Shown here: positions 40,675-50,604 of the stretch, one piece after another
How positions within the stretch are numbered: position 1 is the first letter of the stretch
How the letters are laid out: the number at the start of each line of letters is the position of its first letter
IMG/VR virus record: IMGVR_UViG_3300033143_005857
Location: 12,387-76,386 of that record
Direction: 5' to 3' (one strand)
DNA length: 64,000 bases
Source of the DNA: a virus
Position numbers and translations under genes: made by a program
The notes under the pieces: model-generated
Database searches by the model: none
What the model saw: only the letters and a program-made list of their open reading frames with translations
Told to the model about the DNA's origin: nothing

Positions 40675-41538
40675 TTAATTCACAACTTTTTTGAAAGTTA
40701 ATACATATTCATGATATTTTACTGTTCTCCGCTGCTTTCGCACGGCATTATCTACTCCGCTCACAAATGGTGTTCGAATTACATTTATCACAACATCCCA
40801 TAATTCAAACCCAGCAGCCATGAAAAGTGTAATTGTATCGCCACTAAACCAGTGATATTTTCCATTTCGTCTAAAATCATTTACAACATAAGTGACAAAC
40901 TTGTTTGGTTTTAATATCTCATACAATATCTCAATTATAAAACCGTAATCAACCAAGAATGCTTCATACGTTTTAATGTCGCTTAGTTGTCCGTCGCAAG
41001 ACTCGTATCTCTCTACATTCCAATATGGAGGGCTTGTGTAGATGTAATCAAAGAACTCACTCAAATTACCATTTGTATCAAAATCTTTAGCGTCTCCAAG
41101 TGTTAGGTGGATATTTTTAGCCCATTCTTTGCCAGACGCAATAAGCTCTTTGACACGCTGGTCAACGTTATCGTAATAACTTTCAACAATTTCATTACCG
41201 TATCCTTGTCTACCAAAGTAAGCAGCAATAATACTTGTAGTTCCACGATTCATAAATGGATCTAAAACTTTATCCCCTTCGTCAGACCAAATCTGCAAGC
41301 AACGTTTAGCAATGTCTGGATTGAACTCAGAAAGTGGTTGTTTACCATTACCGTCTCGATATCGTTCCATACTATCATCTTTGACGAGCCGTGTCAATTC
41401 TTTTGATTTAGTAATATCCCATATACTTTTAGGGATATAACCATATCTGTCTTTGATCTTGCCTTCTGTAATAACAGTTTCCTTTCCAAGCAAGCCCTTA
41501 ATTTTCATTCGTTTTCCGTTTTTTATTAATTTTGCCAT
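40675..41538 (-). CDS. DNA methyltransferase (SPPY type, probably N4-C)
   Basis: VLDPF..RGT precedes TSPPY; HEYVL.FKK end. Confidence 0.85.
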   Translation of the reverse strand: MAKLIKNGKRMKIKGLLGKETVITEGKIKDRYGYIPKSIWDITKSKELTRLVKDDSMERYRDGNGKQPLSEFNPDIAKRCLQIWSDEGDKVLDPFMNRGTTSIIAAYFGRQGYGNEIVESYYDNVDQRVKELIASGKEWAKNIHLTLGDAKDFDTNGNLSEFFDYIYTSPPYWNVERYESCDGQLSDIKTYEAFLVDYGFIIEILYEILKPNKFVTYVVNDFRRNGKYHWFSGDTITLFMAAGFELWDVVINVIRTPFVSGVDNAVRKQRRTVKYHEYVLTFKKVVN

Positions 41539-41884
41539 AGTTCATCAACTTTTTTTGTATTTTTATATATTTAATTGCTGGTTTATCCTCTGGATACGTG
41601 CTCGCAAACGGCATATAGAGTTTTGGTTTATTGTCTTTAATCCCACGTTGATTCCATGCAACTTTGCAAATTATTTCCCCAAATCGTTTATCTTTTTGGT
41701 TGTAGGTTTGAAACCCATATTTCCAATAAGTTTTACATTTACGGTTCATACAGTGAATCAGTGTCATCTCTGTGTGAAAGTAATAAGAAAAACTACTTTT
41801 TTTGCACGATGGACATATAGGCAGCGACATATTTGCCTCTTTCATCCATATTTCGTTTTGAGCATATTTTGGTTTTTTTGCCAT
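41498..41884 (-). CDS. zinc-finger hypothetical protein
   Basis: CPSC...C.NRKC. Confidence 0.5.
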   Translation of the reverse strand: MAKKPKYAQNEIWMKEANMSLPICPSCKKSSFSYYFHTEMTLIHCMNRKCKTYWKYGFQTYNQKDKRFGEIICKVAWNQRGIKDNKPKLYMPFASTYPEDKPAIKYIKIQKKLMNYGKINKKRKTNEN

Positions 41885-42034
41885 TTATTATTCCTCTTTA
41901 TAAATTCTGCGTCGTTTAGTATGTAATAAGTTAGCAAGATTTGTTCGATATACCCTAACATCGCAATAATCTTCGTTTTCATGCCAACGACGCAATTTAT
42001 CTTGCAATTCAGTATTTGCTTCCATTTTAATCAC

Positions 42035-42265
42035 TTAATAGTGCATATCTGTTGGATGCTGCCAGTCAAATGGTGGATTATGTGTTATTGCTGCAAATTC
42101 TTCTTTTGGTATTTTTCTTTGAATGAAATGATCTTCTAAATTTGGGATAACACCAAACATTCCACATTTACATTTATTACACGGTTCATAGGCATACATA
42201 TCTTGTGTGCCTTTTTCTTTAGCCCAATCAATCGGACGTTGGCATTCATCGCATTTTTTAGTCAT
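42035..42265 (-). CDS. small zinc-finger protein
   Basis: CDEC...CNKC; likely start MTKKC. Confidence 0.45.
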   Translation of the reverse strand: MTKKCDECQRPIDWAKEKGTQDMYAYEPCNKCKCGMFGVIPNLEDHFIQRKIPKEEFAAITHNPPFDWQHPTDMHY

Positions 42266-42470
42266 TTTTAACCATTCCAACAATTTTTTTAACTCCAATA
42301 AATTGATTACATACTTTACAACAACCTCTTTCAATATCAAGATGTGGGCAAAAACGTTCTAAAAGTATGTCTATTAGCGAGGATGTATAACCATATTGCT
42401 GATTAGCCCGCTTATCGTTAAGCAACGCTTTTATAAATTTATCATTTTTTTCGCTCATTTTAATCTTCAT
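42258..42470 (-). CDS. small Cys-containing protein
   Basis: CPH....CCKVC. Confidence 0.45.
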   Translation of the reverse strand: MKIKMSEKNDKFIKALLNDKRANQQYGYTSSLIDILLERFCPHLDIERGCCKVCNQFIGVKKIVGMVKND

Positions 42471-43512
42471 CCATTACATGCTCAATTTCAAGCCACCTTG
42501 GATTGAATTCACACAAATCCCAGTAATAACCACACCATTCAAAGCAAGCATCTTTAGGAATAGGTTTAAACATTCCTTTGTTTAAGCGTTCCCAATACCT
42601 ATCAATTTGTTGCTGCACTGAACGTAATATATGACTATTTATTTTAACCAATTCTCTTGTCTTGTTAATGTCTTGAAAGAATAGCATAGCACCATAGTAG
42701 AACTCTGGTTTAAAACCAAGAACATCTTCAATGGGGAGTAGTGTTTCATCATCTTGAACAACTGCAACGTTATCTCCTTGCATTAATAAGGCATAAAACC
42801 CAATCTCACGGTTAATGGCAGATTTATGATATTGATTTGAAAAGTATTTTGGTTTTCCATACTTATATTCAACCATAGCAAATACATCGTTGGTTGTTCT
42901 ATCGATTCGGTCAATAATCCCAATCAAATTGTTGCTATAATTTTCAACTTTCAATTCATTTGCTACTGGAAATACATATCGTTCAATAATCTCTCTTGAC
43001 TTTCCAAGTTCATTGTAAATTCCATTAATCCTTTCTGTTTCAAACCAACAGAAGTTTGCAGCCATTTTCAATACGAACTTTGTGTCTTGTCCTTTAGGAA
43101 TTATTTCAAGATATTTATCCCATATTAACTTGTAAACGCTATTGATTCCGTCGTCTGTGTCTGTGTTGTAGCCGAGATCTATAAAGTCTTTTGGTTTAAG
43201 TTTTTTATTCCATATTGTCTCGTTTGCAAAATGCAAGTTCAAGCCGTCTATCATGATTCTGGTTCTATTGTCTAACGTGCATTTTACAATGTAGTTGCAT
43301 TTAAACTGAAACGGACAGTAGTGGCAAGCATTTAACCGAGATTTGCTTAGAAATTGTAAATTGTCTAAGATAGTATTAAAATCTGGTATGTCTGCCAAAG
43401 TAAATTTTCTTGTGACTGTGCCGTCTGAATGGTATAAGATTCTAAACGCTTTTTCAAGATCTTCTTGCGTTCTATCCTTTTTACGTATTATTGCCAATGC
43501 TCCACTGCTCAT
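42460..43512 (-). CDS. Cas4-like PD-(D/E)XK exonuclease
   Basis: LSKS.L..CP, GIIDRID, EYKYG, C-terminal C..WC.Y..LC. Confidence 0.8.
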   Translation of the reverse strand: MSSGALAIIRKKDRTQEDLEKAFRILYHSDGTVTRKFTLADIPDFNTILDNLQFLSKSRLNACHYCPFQFKCNYIVKCTLDNRTRIMIDGLNLHFANETIWNKKLKPKDFIDLGYNTDTDDGINSVYKLIWDKYLEIIPKGQDTKFVLKMAANFCWFETERINGIYNELGKSREIIERYVFPVANELKVENYSNNLIGIIDRIDRTTNDVFAMVEYKYGKPKYFSNQYHKSAINREIGFYALLMQGDNVAVVQDDETLLPIEDVLGFKPEFYYGAMLFFQDINKTRELVKINSHILRSVQQQIDRYWERLNKGMFKPIPKDACFEWCGYYWDLCEFNPRWLEIEHVMDED

Positions 43513-43523
43513 TTTATAGTCTC

Positions 43524-44036
43524 CTAATGTATCATTTTTTTACAATGTGGACAGAAAATACCAAATTTAAATGATAGAATTGTTAGCTCGTTATTGCATG
43601 TAGGACATAATATAGTAGAATTTGCAACACATTTGAATCTTATACCTAAGTTATTAACAAATGTTTTTCCAGCAACAGCAAGGTCTTCATCAACCATTCC
43701 GTTTACATATTCGTTTTCTTCTAATACTACTAAACCGCTTCTAATACCACACATACTAAAATATTGTGTGCAATATTCGAAAGGGATTTTTTCGTTTTTT
43801 ATTACTCCAGTTTTACTGCATATATTTGCAGCAAGGTCAAAATATTTACAAGGTTTTTTGCTTTCAACAATACCTATACGGTCTTCAGCCATTGCAGAAA
43901 GAGTAATAAGATCCATTTTCATTTTTATCAACACGTTCATGTGTTTACAACCTCGAAGAAGTTGCTTATACATATCTAATGGTTGATTGGAGTAATGTCG
44001 TTCTTGTTCTTCGCTTATTTCGTGTTTTTCTTCCAT
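43524..44036 (-). CDS. Cys-rich zinc-ribbon protein
   Basis: CPTC...CPHC; GGTGA RBS. Confidence 0.55.
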   Translation of the reverse strand: MEEKHEISEEQERHYSNQPLDMYKQLLRGCKHMNVLIKMKMDLITLSAMAEDRIGIVESKKPCKYFDLAANICSKTGVIKNEKIPFEYCTQYFSMCGIRSGLVVLEENEYVNGMVDEDLAVAGKTFVNNLGIRFKCVANSTILCPTCNNELTILSFKFGIFCPHCKKMIH

Positions 44037-44050
44037 TTAGTTCACCTTAA

Positions 44051-44123
44051 CGGGAAAAGAGGGCTTTGAACCCTCACCTTCTCAGTGCTAACCAAGACGT
44101 GCAACCAAATACACTATTTTCCC
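44051..44123 (-). tRNA. tRNA-like gene with atypical anticodon arm (identity undetermined)
   Basis: Acceptor GGGAAAA/TTTTCCC+G, D arm GTGT/GCAC with GG, T arm GAGGG-TTCAAAG-CCCTC; anticodon arm 18 nt instead of 17. Confidence 0.7.
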
Positions 44124-46879
44124 TTAGTTGTATAACTTGTCAGTCGTTTTACTTTAAATTTTGAAACAATTTCATCCCATGTAATGTCTATTGCTTCAAG
44201 TATAGTTTCTATTTTCATTTTTATTGTTTTCTCTATGAGTGTATTATAATCTATTATTTCTACAAGATGAGGTGGAATATAATAATTATCATCCAGTGCA
44301 ATAATTTCTATTCTGCTAAATGGATGTGGAACTTTAGAATATTTAATATACATAAACTTTGGTTTAGATCCTCCACCATAATTTGTTTGTGCTCCCCAAT
44401 AACCACTAAACTCATTTGTCCAACGTGCAGCACGTATCCAATCTTGGTTTCCGTATGTTTGTAGTGGCTTTGAAATACCTTTAGAGAAAGCCAACTCTTC
44501 TAACTCGTATTTACCATTTCGTATTTTAAACAGTTCCTTCTTAACATGTTTAATCATATCCGCTTTAGGTTTGCCATAGCAAGCCATTCGAAGCAGTTTC
44601 TTCATAAGCGTATTTCCAACACGGCTCATATCAGATCTGTCAAATCCTTTAATATCTAACTTATCTTTTTCATAATCTTCCCATACAACATGTCCAGCAT
44701 ATCTTTTCTTTGCTGCTCGGTTTGAATCCTTTTTGCGAACCATGAAAAGTGTTTTATAAATTTTTTCTGCTTTCATGAGAAAATAGTGCTTGTCAATATT
44801 GAATATTTCGTTAAAGATATCATACTTGCTGTTAAGATAGTTAGCCAAATATTTTGCTTCCTTTAAGCATTCTTGTGTATTATTTGATTTTAACAACGGA
44901 AATACACTGTCTGTATCTCCATAATACACAATATACATAAGTTTTATTAGAAGATCGATAGAATACTGGATAACTATACGACCAGTTGCTGTAATGTTTG
45001 CAAATATTTTTCTGTTGTATAGTCTAAACACTTCTAAGCCAAGCACACCAAAAATTGAATTTGTAATAAATTTTACAACAACTTGAATACGGTCAGTAAG
45101 CTTGCTTTCGGATATTTTGCCAGCATTCTTTTGCGTTTTAACAAGAGTTTTTAGGCTGTCACGATATTCTATAAGGTCGATTATAATCTCCGCTAAAAAG
45201 GATGTTTTATCCTTTCTAAAGTAAACATCTTTAATTGGTGATTTGATGAGTTCTGGTATACGTTCTGGTTCTGGGCTGTAGACTATTGTATCTTCACCCA
45301 TATTTAATGTTAGCATAGCATTTGGATACAAACTCTTTAAATCTAATACAGTAATCCAGTGTTGAATGCCTTTTTGAGGAGCTTGGATAACCAAAGCACC
45401 TTTTGATTTTTTATCTTTATTTTCAGCACGTCGTTTGCTTGGTAATACAATTTGTTGTTCTTTAGCTTTAAATAGCATATAAGAATCTACAATTCTGCTG
45501 TTTTTAAGCACATCTTCAAAGTTGCAACCGCTAAAACATTTAACATCATAAAAAAACTTAAATACTCCTTCCTTAACACCGATAGCGTATTCTAAGAACA
45601 CGTCTTGCACGTTATACAAGATAAGTTTGTTAATATCATGTTTATACATAGCATCTATGCCATTATGCTTAACTTTGCCAATACCAAATAAGTCTAAAGA
45701 TACATTATCCAATTTGTTGCTTTCACGTTCGTGTGTTAATGTTTTAACAAATCCTCGCCATGTATCAAACACTATCTTGCCTTTAATACGTGCAAACCCA
45801 CTTTTATCTATCCATACTGAACGTAATGGACTTAATTCTGAAGCATCCAATCGTAATTTTTTCATCCGTTCGATTATGTATGGTGCATCAAATTGCTTAA
45901 AGTTCCAGCCAGTAGGTATGTCTGCATTCATGTCTTTCCAAAAATCTATAAATGTATTAAGCATATCTATTTCGTTGTTAAATGTCCACAAACTTAATCT
46001 ATAATGTGGTTTGAGTTCGTTTTTAACAAATTCTGCAGTTGAAATGTATTCTTTTAATTTTTCTGTTAGTGTATAATGTTGTGTTGTATAATTTGTATAC
46101 CGTTTTTCTTCTTCGGTTAAATTTTCGTATGTAATATTGTCTGGTATAATTAAATCTATATCTATTATATCTTCATACTCTTTTTTTAATACATCTAATT
46201 CTACTATTGTTGATTTAATACTTTTTTCAATTGCTGCTGGTATAGGATTAGTATAATATTTTGTATATTTTGCACGATTTTTAAGATCCTTTCGAAATAC
46301 AAAGCAATATAACTTTTTTGAATAACTATCTAAACATGATAGGCTGTAAATACGATTTACTGGGTTTCTATACGATGGAAAGCGTCCACCAGTTTCTACT
46401 GTTGATACTTCAATATCTATATGCAAACGCTTTAATTCTACTCTGAAATCGCATGGTTCTATTTTATCTTTTCCATAAAATACGTCTTCCTCTTCCCCTT
46501 CGATTTCAAACCCAGATTTAATACCAAGTTCTAATAAAGAACGTGTTGTAAATTCTATATCGTCTTCAAATGTTTTGCTAAATCTAACACGGAAACCTTC
46601 CTTATCTTTTCTATTTCCACCGATATCAGATGGTGTCCTCATTACTATTTTCTTTAACTGCTCTTCTTTAATAGATTTCCAGCCTAAAGGTGTCATATCA
46701 ACAATTTTAACAATTCGTCGATTTTTAGGCACTGGTGTTGATTTTAATACATAAAAAAATGGACGTAAGTTATAAACACAAACATGCCAGTCTCTTAGTT
46801 GCTCATCACGACCAAACAAATGAACGATTGGTTTATCGTCTGATATAGTATATTCTGCAATAGATAAGGCAATTTTCAT
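44114..46879 (-). CDS. polB: family B DNA polymerase
   Basis: DIE, FD..YI, YN.QD, DLKSLYP, K...NSIFG, YGDTDS, KKRY. Confidence 0.97.
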   Translation of the reverse strand: MKIALSIAEYTISDDKPIVHLFGRDEQLRDWHVCVYNLRPFFYVLKSTPVPKNRRIVKIVDMTPLGWKSIKEEQLKKIVMRTPSDIGGNRKDKEGFRVRFSKTFEDDIEFTTRSLLELGIKSGFEIEGEEEDVFYGKDKIEPCDFRVELKRLHIDIEVSTVETGGRFPSYRNPVNRIYSLSCLDSYSKKLYCFVFRKDLKNRAKYTKYYTNPIPAAIEKSIKSTIVELDVLKKEYEDIIDIDLIIPDNITYENLTEEEKRYTNYTTQHYTLTEKLKEYISTAEFVKNELKPHYRLSLWTFNNEIDMLNTFIDFWKDMNADIPTGWNFKQFDAPYIIERMKKLRLDASELSPLRSVWIDKSGFARIKGKIVFDTWRGFVKTLTHERESNKLDNVSLDLFGIGKVKHNGIDAMYKHDINKLILYNVQDVFLEYAIGVKEGVFKFFYDVKCFSGCNFEDVLKNSRIVDSYMLFKAKEQQIVLPSKRRAENKDKKSKGALVIQAPQKGIQHWITVLDLKSLYPNAMLTLNMGEDTIVYSPEPERIPELIKSPIKDVYFRKDKTSFLAEIIIDLIEYRDSLKTLVKTQKNAGKISESKLTDRIQVVVKFITNSIFGVLGLEVFRLYNRKIFANITATGRIVIQYSIDLLIKLMYIVYYGDTDSVFPLLKSNNTQECLKEAKYLANYLNSKYDIFNEIFNIDKHYFLMKAEKIYKTLFMVRKKDSNRAAKKRYAGHVVWEDYEKDKLDIKGFDRSDMSRVGNTLMKKLLRMACYGKPKADMIKHVKKELFKIRNGKYELEELAFSKGISKPLQTYGNQDWIRAARWTNEFSGYWGAQTNYGGGSKPKFMYIKYSKVPHPFSRIEIIALDDNYYIPPHLVEIIDYNTLIEKTIKMKIETILEAIDITWDEIVSKFKVKRLTSYTTKGK

Positions 46880-46884
46880 GTTAA

Positions 46885-47355
46885 TCACTTAGTTTTTGTT
46901 TTCTTTTTTGGGTTGTAAATTTTGTATTTTTCTAAACCTACAAAATCTTCATGGTCTACTTTAAGAACATGTGTCTTTACAGTTGTTGAAAACTTCTTTT
47001 TGTTTGATTCTCCACGCACAATTTGTGCAATCTTAAACCATTTTGGTTGAATTAAGATTATAATATTTTCAACAGCTTTAATTGGCGAAGCATGTGCTCC
47101 ACAACTGTAAATATCTATAGATACATATAGTTCTTCTGGATATGTATGCAGACATAAATGGCTTTCAGCTAACAGCAAATTAATAGAAACTCCTTGTGGT
47201 TGAAATTGATGCTCTGTTGATTTAATTAATTTGTTATTGCTTAACTCAACTGATTTAAAGCAATTTGTTAGCAAAGTTATTTTGTCATCTAATAACTTTG
47301 GTTTACATTGACATTCAAACAAATCCAATATTAGATGCTTTCCTCGTGTTATCAT
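46885..47355 (-). CDS. speD: S-adenosylmethionine decarboxylase proenzyme
   Basis: GKHLI.D, HQF.PQGVS, AESH..HTYPE, D.YSCG. Confidence 0.9.
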   Translation of the reverse strand: MITRGKHLILDLFECQCKPKLLDDKITLLTNCFKSVELSNNKLIKSTEHQFQPQGVSINLLLAESHLCLHTYPEELYVSIDIYSCGAHASPIKAVENIIILIQPKWFKIAQIVRGESNKKKFSTTVKTHVLKVDHEDFVGLEKYKIYNPKKKTKTK

Positions 47356-47522
47356 GGTAATTCAACCCTAAATTTAACACCACAAGCACCACAAATTAAC
47401 CAATTTGTTGCTGTTTCTTGAGGTTGTTGCATAATTGCTGATTTGCCACAATTTAAGCAATACTTTACAGCTTCTAACCCAAGATATTTGGTTGGTTTAA
47501 CTTTTGGTTTGTCTTCACTCAT
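47352..47522 (-). CDS. small zinc-ribbon protein
   Basis: CLNC...CGAC; likely start MSEDK. Confidence 0.5.
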   Translation of the reverse strand: MSEDKPKVKPTKYLGLEAVKYCLNCGKSAIMQQPQETATNWLICGACGVKFRVELP

Positions 47523-48447
47523 TTTCATCATCCTCGTTATTGTCATCCATAGATTCTGCCAATTGATTGTTAATATCTTCATCATCAACACCATCTACAG
47601 ATCCTTCACCGTCTTCTTGGCTATCTTCTTCAAGTTCGGTTGTAGCAAGGATGTAAACCAAGTTTATTTCTTCGGTTGTTTTTCTAATAATCATTGGTCC
47701 TTCATTACATAACCAGATTTCTATTTCTCCTTTGAGATTTCCAAAAGCATTACCAAATCCATAACTGTAAATGCTACCAATCGTTTCTTTTGTTTTAATT
47801 TCTTTAGCATTTAACTGTCGTCGGATTTTAGCACCACTTTCATCATCAGAAACAGTTACAAGAACATATTTTTCATAAACTGTTATAGGAAAGCTTCGAT
47901 ACTCGATTTGTTCACCGTCTTGCACTACTTCCATAAACTCTTCAGCATCAATTTTGATATATGTATCCAGCACCAATTCTCCAGCAGACCATGTATTTGT
48001 CTTTTTGCTAAATTTGAATGGTATATCAGCACTAACAGACGATGTCACAGTATCTAAAGCGATTGTTGGTAATTCAACTTCAAGCTTTGGTTTCACACGT
48101 TTGAATATAACTATATCAGTTCCTTCATCTTGAACATACCGCACAGTTATAGTTTCATCGTTTTTGAACCGTTTAATACCATTTACATGATTTTTTTTGT
48201 TTGTTTCATCTAAATCAAATGGAATGTTTCCAATTTCTTTCACCAAATCTTTCTTCATAGGTGCTTTAATCAAAGTAATAAGCACTTCGTTTTCGTCTAT
48301 CGCTTCTACTTTAATATTTGATTTGGATACATTCAGAATTAGGTCTTTGAGCATCGGCTTGTTTTCACCTTTAACCGTGCGTCCAATTGCTTGCACATAA
48401 CTAAAGATATTTTTTAAAATTCCAGCTTTAATATTAAACTTGGTCAT
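47515..48447 (-). CDS. DNA sliding clamp (PCNA-like, divergent)
   Basis: PCNA-like pattern (I.V.A.D...V.I, YS..F, P.II, YILA), acidic tail, next to polB, RFC present. Confidence 0.65.
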   Translation of the reverse strand: MTKFNIKAGILKNIFSYVQAIGRTVKGENKPMLKDLILNVSKSNIKVEAIDENEVLITLIKAPMKKDLVKEIGNIPFDLDETNKKNHVNGIKRFKNDETITVRYVQDEGTDIVIFKRVKPKLEVELPTIALDTVTSSVSADIPFKFSKKTNTWSAGELVLDTYIKIDAEEFMEVVQDGEQIEYRSFPITVYEKYVLVTVSDDESGAKIRRQLNAKEIKTKETIGSIYSYGFGNAFGNLKGEIEIWLCNEGPMIIRKTTEEINLVYILATTELEEDSQEDGEGSVDGVDDEDINNQLAESMDDNNEDDENE

Positions 48448-48451
48448 CGTT

Positions 48452-48880
48452 TTACTCCGTTGTAGCAAGCCCAATAGACACTGAAACAGAATAAGATGCT
48501 GCAATCTTCTTTGCTTCAAACATCTTCTCCAGTGCTTTCTTATCAACAACAGTGGAAATCATGTCTTTGCTTACTCCAAGATCTTCAGCGATTGTTTCAA
48601 GCTCTGCTTTTGTTTTACCATCATAATTACTTGTCACAGTAAGAGAGTGGTGTTCTGGCAATTTCCACTTAAGTTTCTTTGCCTCTTCAATATTCTCAGC
48701 AAGTAAAAAGGAATATTTACGTGTAAACTTAAGTCCGTGCAAGTCTCCTTTATATTCTTTTTCTGCTGCATATCCACGAATTTTTGCGTAATGCTTGTCC
48801 ATGTCCTTCTCTGCTTTTTTCTTAGCAATTTTGGCACTTCGAAACTTTTTACATGTTTCTTCAAATTCTTTATCATCCAT
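48452..48880 (-). CDS. hypothetical protein
   Basis: 142-aa ORF with VDKKAL motif. Confidence 0.55.
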   Translation of the reverse strand: MDDKEFEETCKKFRSAKIAKKKAEKDMDKHYAKIRGYAAEKEYKGDLHGLKFTRKYSFLLAENIEEAKKLKWKLPEHHSLTVTSNYDGKTKAELETIAEDLGVSKDMISTVVDKKALEKMFEAKKIAASYSVSVSIGLATTE

Positions 48881-48916
48881 CGTTGTTTTCTCCGCTTGTT
48901 ATGTAAAATAAAAAAA

Positions 48917-49246
48917 TTATTTTGAGTGATTTACAGCAAACATATACTCTTCTTTAGAAGATTTGCTTCTATTTGCAAATTGGTTAATAACTCTACCAAA
49001 TTCTTCATCGTCCATAATTCCTCTAATAAGAATTACAGTTTCATTTCCGTCACAATACATTTCAACTTTCATTGGTCGATTTGGAGTTAAATGGTCTGGA
49101 ATGTTGGCTGCAAACAGTTCTTTGTCTAATCTCATATACAATTTACCGTCAGATTGACGAAATACTGGCAATGCAAAATATGAGCCATTATAGTCCCATC
49201 TACCACTAAGTTTTGGTTTTGGATGTTCTTCTGCCATTTTAATCAA
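48917..49246 (-). CDS. hypothetical protein
   Basis: 109-aa ORF. Confidence 0.5.
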   Translation of the reverse strand: MIKMAEEHPKPKLSGRWDYNGSYFALPVFRQSDGKLYMRLDKELFAANIPDHLTPNRPMKVEMYCDGNETVILIRGIMDDEEFGRVINQFANRSKSSKEEYMFAVNHSK

Positions 49247-49491
49247 TTCTTTTTTTGTGGTGTTAAGATAATGCTTCCATCTTCAAATAATACAGTCATT
49301 ATAGAGTTATCTAATATCATTTGTTGGATCTTAACAAAATCTGCAATTACTTCCTTTTTTTTACCATTTGCCAAATACGCTGTTATAGTAATTGATGGAG
49401 GGTCAGAAACAGTAATTTCACAGTTCATCTTACTGATAGCAAGACAAGTGCTGTTCTGAAAATCAAAACGCATATTCTTTGTTCTTCCCAT
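49243..49491 (-). CDS. hypothetical protein
   Basis: 82-aa ORF. Confidence 0.45.
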   Translation of the reverse strand: MGRTKNMRFDFQNSTCLAISKMNCEITVSDPPSITITAYLANGKKKEVIADFVKIQQMILDNSIMTVLFEDGSIILTPQKKN

Positions 49492-49500
49492 AGTTCTCGC

Positions 49501-50604
49501 CTACAACAAATCTTTGAACAAGTCAATCAAATCAGAAAATGTTGGATTCCCAGTTAATTCATAACTTCGTCCTTTCATGTTTTCTGTTTCAAACCGACTG
49601 TCAATTACACGTAATGTTCTAATTGTTTCTTTGTCGTCTCCAGAGCCGATTGTTTCTTTCTCATAACGAGCAATAACATCAACCCAGTAATCGCTGCCTT
49701 TTAGCACTTCTGAAATTTGATTTCCAGTCTTGTATCCGTCCATTGCACCAGAACCAGAAGAAGCCCACTCATCCTTGGTTTGAGCCACGAGTATAACGTT
49801 CATGTTGATGTTGCGTAAACGTCGTAAGAAGCTTTTAACCTTTTTTGTTCTCCACTTATACTGAATTGGGATTGGTTTTTTCTTTTCCTTTCCGTCATCA
49901 TCAAATCCGATACCAAGAATTTTATCAACCAATTTGAAATAAGCCCAATCACAGTAATCGCTAAAATTGTCAATAACGAGCGTGCCTTGTTCGTCGTCTG
50001 ATAAGGCATAAGCCCATTCTTCCAATTCTTCAATAGATTTTGTTGGGTCTATTTCTTTAGTTATAGGATTTTCAACGAAGCAGTTATGTATGATGATATT
50101 ACCTCCATCGATATGTTCTGGAAAATTGAAATCTGCTTCGTCTTCGCTTGCATTTTCTGTATCTAATACATAGATTGGATGTCCCGCTGGTATAATACGA
50201 CGTTTACCTTCAAATCCATCAAAGTCTGCTGGAGTAAAAGTGAAGTTAGTTTTACCAACCTTAGATCCACCATCAAGCAAAATTACAAGCCCTTTCTTGC
50301 GTTTTCCTCGATCTTTATTGTCAATCCTTGCTTGATCCCACGTATCTTCTTTGCTTCGCAATACACGTGCTTTAACCTTTCCAGTTCTAAGTTTTTTCTT
50401 CCATCCAGCAACTTTAACGTCTTCTGGTGGAGTTGCTTCAGATACTGGTGTTTTCTTGATTACTGTGGTTGGTTTAGTGGTTGCAACGCTAACAATCTTT
50501 TTTGTGCTTCCAACAACACGTTTTGTGACTGTTTTTTTCATTCCTTTTTTTACTATTGTTTTTTTCTTGGTTGTTTTTTTAGTTCTTGGCTTTCTAACTA
50601 CCAT
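49501..50604 (-). CDS. AAA_24/Sak4-like RecA-fold ATPase
   Basis: GGSKVGKT, LDTE, LVIDN, NVILVAQ; Lys-rich N-terminal extension. Confidence 0.7.
   Translation of the reverse strand: MVVRKPRTKKTTKKKTIVKKGMKKTVTKRVVGSTKKIVSVATTKPTTVIKKTPVSEATPPEDVKVAGWKKKLRTGKVKARVLRSKEDTWDQARIDNKDRGKRKKGLVILLDGGSKVGKTNFTFTPADFDGFEGKRRIIPAGHPIYVLDTENASEDEADFNFPEHIDGGNIIIHNCFVENPITKEIDPTKSIEELEEWAYALSDDEQGTLVIDNFSDYCDWAYFKLVDKILGIGFDDDGKEKKKPIPIQYKWRTKKVKSFLRRLRNINMNVILVAQTKDEWASSGSGAMDGYKTGNQISEVLKGSDYWVDVIARYEKETIGSGDDKETIRTLRVIDSRFETENMKGRSYELTGNPTFSDLIDLFKDLL

Noticed and set aside
42460-43512. Cas4 as evidence of a CRISPR-Cas system
   Set aside because: Stand-alone Cas4-like nucleases are common in archaeal virus replication modules
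44051-44123. Calling the tRNA Leu(TAG), Ala(AGC) or Pyl, or an attP site
   Set aside because: No long variable arm, no G3:U70, no CUA anticodon; no integrase or duplicated 3' end seen
46004-46260. Intein in PolB
   Set aside because: No C/S start with HN end and no LAGLIDADG motifs; kept only as an insertion
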